From: Macrostomum hystrix
Lineage: Eukaryota > Animalia > Platyhelminthes
Length of the DNA stretch: 64,000 nucleotides
Direction of reading: 5' to 3'
Assembly: GCA_950097015.1 (NCBI GenBank)
Contig: CATNEN010000002.1
Coordinates: forward strand, 1,674,001 to 1,738,000
In this document: piece after piece, positions 58,113 through 64,000 of the stretch
Layout of the letters: each line of letters starts with the position of its first letter
Position numbering within the stretch: the stretch's first letter is position 1
Made by a program: the position numbers and the translations under genes
The notes under the pieces: generated by a model
Databases searched by the model: none
Seen by the model: the letters and a program-made list of their open reading frames with translations, nothing else
Told to the model about the DNA's origin: nothing

Positions 58113-59900
58113 TCACATTGTTCTGCTTCGCAGCTTCAACAGATGCTTGGCGAGAAATTCGATTGGATCAACCGGACGAGCGTCTGCAACTGCGGCCATC
58201 GCTTCGCTAAGGACTCGACCTAGAATAAGCATTTTCGCTACTGTTTCAAGTTTTTAACTAGTTCTTTTCATTGTCCACAATAGTTTAAGCGTGTACTTAC
58301 GAACGGCATGCAGATAGTCAGTCTCCAGGTAGGAAATCACATCCGAGTTTTTCGATTCCCGCCCATTCGCAGGTGTGATTTGCTCGGTTTCTTGAGTATC
58401 TGACAAGATTTCAAACAGTTTGACGGGATGGTTTGCCAGCAGGAGGACTAGGCGCTCGCTCGATGGCAGCAGAAGGTGAAACGGTTCTTCCTCCAACATG
58501 TAGTTGAACACCAGCTGCCCGTCACTGATGCGGTAGGCCTGGTGGTGAGAGTGTTAATTATTAAAACCTCAGCGGAATTATCTGGAATCCGCAGCGAGGC
58601 TACATTCATTTGGGGTCCAGCTGCGAGAGAAGTTCGAGACCAACATGTACAATCCTAGATGAGCTGTCAAAAGAATCCCCGTCATTTGGACTATCAGCGT
58701 TCATCAGTATCACACGCTGAGACGACTGGCATAGTTTTCCGATAACCAACCGACCGTCGGGCGTTATCATGTGGTCTTTCAACACAACTTTGTTGGTCGG
58801 GTCTAAATTTCGAACGATTTCGCCTGTCTCAATATTGACAATCTTTAGTCGGTAGGTGACACACTGCAAGCCATCAGGCAGTATACACAGAACGCCTGCG
58901 TCGAAAGTTTCACTCACTCACAAAACTCGGCCTTTGCTAGCGCCGATGTCGCAGACAACAAGCCGACCTGGCCACGACATGGTCTCACGGTCGAGCGCCT
59001 CCGCATAGGTGCTGACATCGTCGCAAAGATACTGGACGATCACGTGATTTGAGCCGACCATGTCGGCTAAACAGCATCACAGGCTGACATTCGCTCTCTG
59101 CGGTCACATTCGGCTTGTAGCGCAGAGACATATTGTTCTTAGCGATGCAGTTAATGATCGAGAAGTTCTCACTATCTCCAGTTTCTGGAAAGACTTCTCG
59201 AACTGCTCCAATGATGTGCTGAAAGTATTCCCCGTGGAGAGCATCCTTCTTGGCATAGTAGACGTCAAGGGTGCTGATATCAATACAAAGTTTGCTCTCG
59301 ATGAACTCCATGGCGTGTTGAAGAACTAGATGGTCCAGCATATCACTAGCACTAGAAGTCTTGTCTGCAGATTCTCTCTGACGCCTCTGAAGAAACGCGC
59401 AGTCACCGCGGCCGCAGTCTGCAGCGTCTCCAACGCGATTTCACGTGCAGCATGCTTAGCGAACTTGGAGACAACAGTCAATGCGGGCAGAGGATTGTCA
59501 CTAGATACATGGCGATCTGACAGTCCAATGCAGTTCAATACTGACTGATCTCTGAGTTGTACGGCAATGTCAGCCAAGAGTATTTTGCGAAGTGAACTCG
59601 CGGACTGAAGGACGTGCAGCTGGCCAGTTTCCATTGACAGAACGCATAGCAGGGTGTCTGCCTCCTTTACTATTTTTCTTTGCTCAGAAGTTATGGCGTA
59701 GCTAATTGGCATTGTTTTAGCGTAACTGTGATTCGATATGAAAAGTTTCGTCTCGGAATCGTTCAGCCCAACTCTGATGATCTGTGTCACATCTTTGCCA
59801 TCGACTAAACAGTTATCGCCAAATCGAAAGCTTGTTGTTAACCTGGGCACATCAAATTTCAGCTTTCCGGGTAACTCGTCCGGAAATTCGGTTAGACTTT
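58113..59900 (-). pseudogene. 5'-truncated, disrupted gene: beta-strand-rich (possibly WD40-like) region plus C-terminal Dpy-30 motif; exons about 59900-58651, 58538-58301, 58219-58113
   Basis: The spliced end reads ETDYLHAVR|RVLSEAMAAVADARPVDPIEFLAKHLLK (Dpy-30 pattern RPxDPIEFLAxxLL). The large exon needs two frame changes and contains an in-frame TGA near 58918. Confidence 0.7.
58584..58632 (+). mobile_element. Short fragment of the same SINE inside a small intron
   Basis: gaatccgcagcgaggctacattcatttggggtccagctgcgagagaag versus gattccacggcgaggccacattcatttggggcgcagccgcggagagaag. Confidence 0.65.
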
Positions 59901-61029
59901 TAGCGAGGAGGCGGCTGGCTTTGATCCGGGACACGGCAGGAGAATGTGGCCTGGAGCTGGATGTGTCGCTGGTGCCTTCCTCGATAAACAAGGCAGACGC
60001 GCTGACGCGAGTACCACAGCAGTGGCTGCGCCAGCGGCCTTTGTGTGCAGTAGCGCTACACCCTATCGACTCGGATCTCCGTGCGTGCCACGAGAAGCAT
60101 CACTTCGGCGTGGACAGGACGCTCTACCTGGCCAAACTGTGCCTCCCCGGGCGTGAGGTACTACGCGAAGAGGTCGAGCGCGTCGTGGCGAACTGCATCC
60201 GTTGCAAATCCGTGGACCCTGCGCCGGTAAATTGGGACCATGGAAGTCTCGAGGTGGACGCAAACTGGTGGCGTTTGGCCTGCGACGTGACCCACTTCAA
60301 GGACGACCGCTATCTGTCGATTGTTGACTGCAGGCCGAGTAGATTTGCACTGTGGCGAAAACCCCCAGACGAGCGGACAGCTTTGATCATAGGGACACTC
60401 GTGCAAGTCTTCCGAGAGCGGGGCCCTCCCTGGCAGCTGCTTCTGGACAACTCGGTGACCTTCCGCTCTGCCGAGGTGCGTGCATTCTGCGAAGCATGGG
60501 AAGTGCAGTTCCTCTTCCGCTGCGCTCACCGGCCGTCGGGCAACGGGATAGTCGAGCGAAATCATCGGACGATCAAGCGGATAGCATCCAAAACCGGCAA
60601 AGACGTGCTGGACATGGTATTCTGGTACAACATGGCTCCGAAGGATGGTACTCGGGAGTGCAGCGTGCCCAGCAGAATGCTCAGCACTTATGACTGGAAA
60701 CCGCCCATGTTGTCTCTCCCCGAGGCCACTGAGACACCGGAGTCAAACCCTGCCCTGCCGGTCGGAACGGAAGTGTTCGTCAAGCCGCCGGCCGTCAGGT
60801 GTACCGACGAGTTGCCAAGGGGGCGCGTGACAGGCCAGAGACAAGGGGCTACCGTGGAGGTCGATGGACTTCCCCGTCACATTGCTGACGTCCGGCCGGC
60901 CCCAGGCTCGCAACCACAGCCGCCTGGAGTAGAGCGAGCCGTTGAGCGGAACGGCGAACCCCGGCGGTCAAGTCGCGAACCAGTCCGCTACGAAGCTTAA
61001 TCTCTTTTGATCTTGAGATCAGGGAGAAA
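59900..61029 (+). mobile_element. Ty3/Gypsy LTR retrotransposon 3' part: RNase H end, integrase and PPT
   Basis: RRRLALI..VPSSINKADALTR; HHCC (CHEKHH..CIRC); D-D-E (CDVTHF, LLDNS, VERNHRT); LPVGTEVFVK; PPT agggagaaa at 61021-61029. Confidence 0.92.
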
Positions 61030-61694
61030 TGTTGTACTCGTACTTTAACTATCTTTGTTGTTAGTTGACCGATGCCGCTGCTTAAGCAGCCATAGACTGT
61101 TCTGACCGATGCCGCTGCTTAAGCAGCCATAGACTGTTCTGACCGATGCCGCTGCTTAAGCAGCCATAGACTGTTCTGACCGATGCCGCTGCTTAAGCAG
61201 CCATAGACTGTTCTGACCGATGCCGCTGCTTAAGCAGCCATAGTCTGTTCTGACCAATGCCGCTGCTTAAGCAGTCATAGACTGTTCTGACCGATGCCGC
61301 TGCTTAAGCAGCCATAGTCTGTTCTGACCGATGCCGCTGCTTAAGCAGCCATAGACTGTTCTGACCGATGCCGCTGCTTAAGCAGCCATAGACTGTTCTG
61401 ACCGATGCCGCTGCTTAAGCAGCCATAGACTGTTCTGTACCCCACTTAACAAGTGCGCGAGGCCCAGCCCCTCGCAAATATATGCACCTTCTTGCGTTCC
61501 CTTCTGCATCTCGCTTTAACGACTTAGTTGCAGTCTGATCAACGGTGGCTCCGTCCTGGATGCCCCAGCGCATGTCCACTATAGTTTTTTGCTTTGTTTA
61601 ATTTCGTGGTAAACAATATTAGCTCGTACTCGAAAGGCGAGTCCGTGTTGCTCGCGGCAGTACCGTCTGAGGCTAGGATACGCTTGGCTCATCA
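61030..61694 (+). mobile_element. Putative 3' LTR containing 10 x 37-bp tandem repeat (61067-61436); right end uncertain
   Basis: Starts TGTTG immediately after the PPT. No second LTR in the window, so the boundary cannot be confirmed. Confidence 0.65.
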
Positions 61695-63788
61695 TTATGT
61701 TCCTTTCTGCGTGCATGTCTGAAGTGTTAAAATGATAATTTTAAAGTAGAATAAACGAAATTATTTATGTATTGGTTATTAAGGTTATCTTATTCTGCGC
61801 ATTCTTGCCTGAGAATGTTGAACTGATGAAAACTCTGATGAAAACTATTTTTGCGTTCAATGGTGGAATCGAATGGGCCTGAAAATTAATCTGCGAGTGC
61901 TTTCCTTTTCGACGCTTAGTTTTTCTTCTAGAATTTTTATTACATTGTTCTGGTCTGTTGCACCATCAACGCCAGCCACTGCCGATTTCATTTTTACGTC
62001 ACAGATTTGCAAATCACTTTTTTCTGTGAAATATAATCAGCACGAATTCGAGTTTGAAAGAAGTGCTAAAGTACATCTTAAATTATTTCTACAAAAGTGT
62101 GCAATATTTTCGAGACACCTTTCTTCTTTTCTACACTGCGTAATTAGAATCAGAAAGCAGATAGAATGTAAGTTTATAGTTCTACTTGATTTCTGGGGAC
62201 AATACGTAGCTACGAATGAAATCGAACGGAACATAGATTTTATTATAAAGAATTTAGATAAAAATAAAATTTTAGAGAACGCACTTGTAACACACATGTT
62301 TCATTCTTGCCTTTTAAGGATATTTACTTTTATTAATTACATTTTTTACATATTACATATTATATAACAAGTTATCAATACAAGCTGGAGAGTTTATCAT
62401 TTTCTATCCGATCTGTAGGAAGCTTGTATATTTGTGGTTTTATGGTGAAAAAGCTATAAATAACATATAAATTAACCAATATGTATACACAGAAAAAGAT
62501 GACCCAATAAGTCAACACCACCTCCCAGTCCTGCCGAAACCTGTGACGCAGCATATACAAAAGACGACTAGATCTTCTAGCGGTCCGATCTAGCGGGCCT
62601 TGGCTTATTCATGTACCACGTAAATTACAAATAATATTTAGGCGCAGTTAAAAAGGTTGATTGTACTCGCGACAGAATAAAAGCCACTGACACGGTGTAT
62701 TGACAAAGTATTATATTTTTTGTATTTTTTATCGTCTAGGTAGATATTTTGCAACTGATAGATGTATCCGCAAGGTTTAACGAAGCAACGCTTGTTATAA
62801 TTTATGCTTGTTTTTTAATTTTCGTGAAACAAATCTTAGTGACATTATTTTTTTTCATTCGTAGCATTTTTTGTACTACAGTTAGGAATGTTCTTCTTTC
62901 TTAGGAATGTTAGGAATGAAAAATATTATTTCTGCGTTTATTTTTGTTTTATTGAGTTTAAGGTTGCTGTTTCCAAGAGTAACTTTTGAACTCCCGACCA
63001 CACGTTGTAAAAACGCGATCAATGTTTTCTTTACATCTACGTCCAATTGTGCTATTTACATATAGCACAGCGTATTAAATGTTTTTCTAACAGATATGTG
63101 CTCATCTTGAACATTTTTCCTACTATCTACAATGAGTTATATTTATATGGCTTTAAGGTTATTTTTTATAGAAGAAGGCGAGTAGATTTACTGTATTTTA
63201 TGTATGAGTATGCATGGCTAGATAAATGGCGTTTATATAGCAAGCTTTTTCTTACTAATTATCCATTTCGCTGCTATGTTAGTGTTAAGGAGTCACCCAA
63301 ATATGCCTGCAACATCTCCGACTTCATTGGTCACCGACCTATTTAGCTATTATATATATTATTTGGATTTAGATTTTTGAATATAGTGTCCTTTAATCAT
63401 CAGTTGCATCTTTCAAACTCCTTTAGGCCTACTTTTTATGAATTTTGAAAAAATCTACAGTTCTCAAGATTAGAAATTTTACATATAACTTTCAACAAGT
63501 AACACCAATATATATTGCTATAAAGCCAGATTAACTTTTTGATTGAAATAAAAGATTGGCTTATTGACTCAAATGCGCGTGCCTTCAACTGTCTCAAAAT
63601 AACCAGATATTTGGTAACTCCTATTATCGCATGTTTCTCAAAGCATCATGTATGCATATAATCATGCGTTTAGGCACTTTCTGTTTTTAAAGCTACTTTC
63701 GACTGCTGGGCTGTCCGACTGAAGCTGTACATCTAAGCTTGGCTAAGTGTAGTTACAATATTTTAATTTAAAGCAATGACAATTCCAG

Positions 63789-63946
63789 GACCAGGACATA
63801 AAGAAGGTCACAGCTGACGGAAGGGAGTCTTCCGGCGCTTCCATGGGTCGGCGGCCGTCGCTTTTGAAGCGCCTCAGTTTGCGAGTGGCGCCTGCGTCGA
63901 AAGCAACCAAAGTCAAAAGTACAAACTGGACGAAATTGATGGCAAG
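63789..63946 (+). CDS. Possible isolated exon of an unidentified gene continuing beyond the window
   Basis: GC-rich open frame (DQDIKKVT..MGRRPSLLKRLSLRVAP..) between aattccag and ag|gtgaaa; no family recognised. Confidence 0.35.
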
Positions 63947-64000
63947 GTGAAAATAGCTTGACGAATTTTTACTGTTCGGATGAAAACTTATTTTTACTTT

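Noticed and set aside
58113-59900. Idea that the propeller-like remnant is TEP1, which would make a vault gene cluster
   Set aside because: No TEP1-specific motif (TROVE, NACHT) is visible, and Dpy-30 is not a TEP1 feature.
59738-59900. N-terminal part of the 420-aa integrase ORF
   Set aside because: It is the antisense of the Dpy-30-tailed gene remnant; retroelement homology starts only near RRRLAL.
61873-63346. AT-rich ORFs at 61873, 62037, 62375 and 63047
   Set aside because: Low-GC composition unlike real exons here, and no motifs.

Overview
Eukaryotic (metazoan) genomic DNA with GC-richer exons and AT-rich introns packed with 15-37 bp minisatellites. The style suggests a flatworm such as Macrostomum, but that is inference only. 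Positions 1-40412 hold one PARP4 (vault PARP)-like gene that I spliced by hand into 28 exons, open throughout (about 2380 aa, start just upstream of the window). Its order is BRCT, linker, PARP regulatory/catalytic (H-Y-E), VIT, vWA, MVP-interaction region, an inserted region, then the conserved PARP4 C-terminal domain. The inserted region sits where vertebrate PARP4 has its disordered, fast-evolving segment. It contains a TPR-like exon and then 13 consecutive phase 1-1 exons. These include a full ubiquitin-like domain ending LRLRGG, an actin N-terminal fragment with a perfectly conserved D-loop, and an HSP70 linker plus substrate-binding domain. This in-frame Ub/actin/HSP70 cassette is the main candidate for an undescribed system; an integrated-decoy role is a hypothesis. 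Intron 3 contains a head-to-tail trimer of satellite-bearing non-autonomous Helitrons with a nested Helitron and a nested hAT MITE. Downstream are a secreted F-type lectin gene, an SLC16-like MFS transporter gene, a disrupted minus-strand gene ending in a Dpy-30 motif, a 5'-truncated Gypsy element whose LTR carries 10 palindromic 37-mers, and a tRNA-derived SINE family. Most long ORFs in the supplied track are satellite artefacts. All alignments were done by eye against remembered sequences; no database searches were run.
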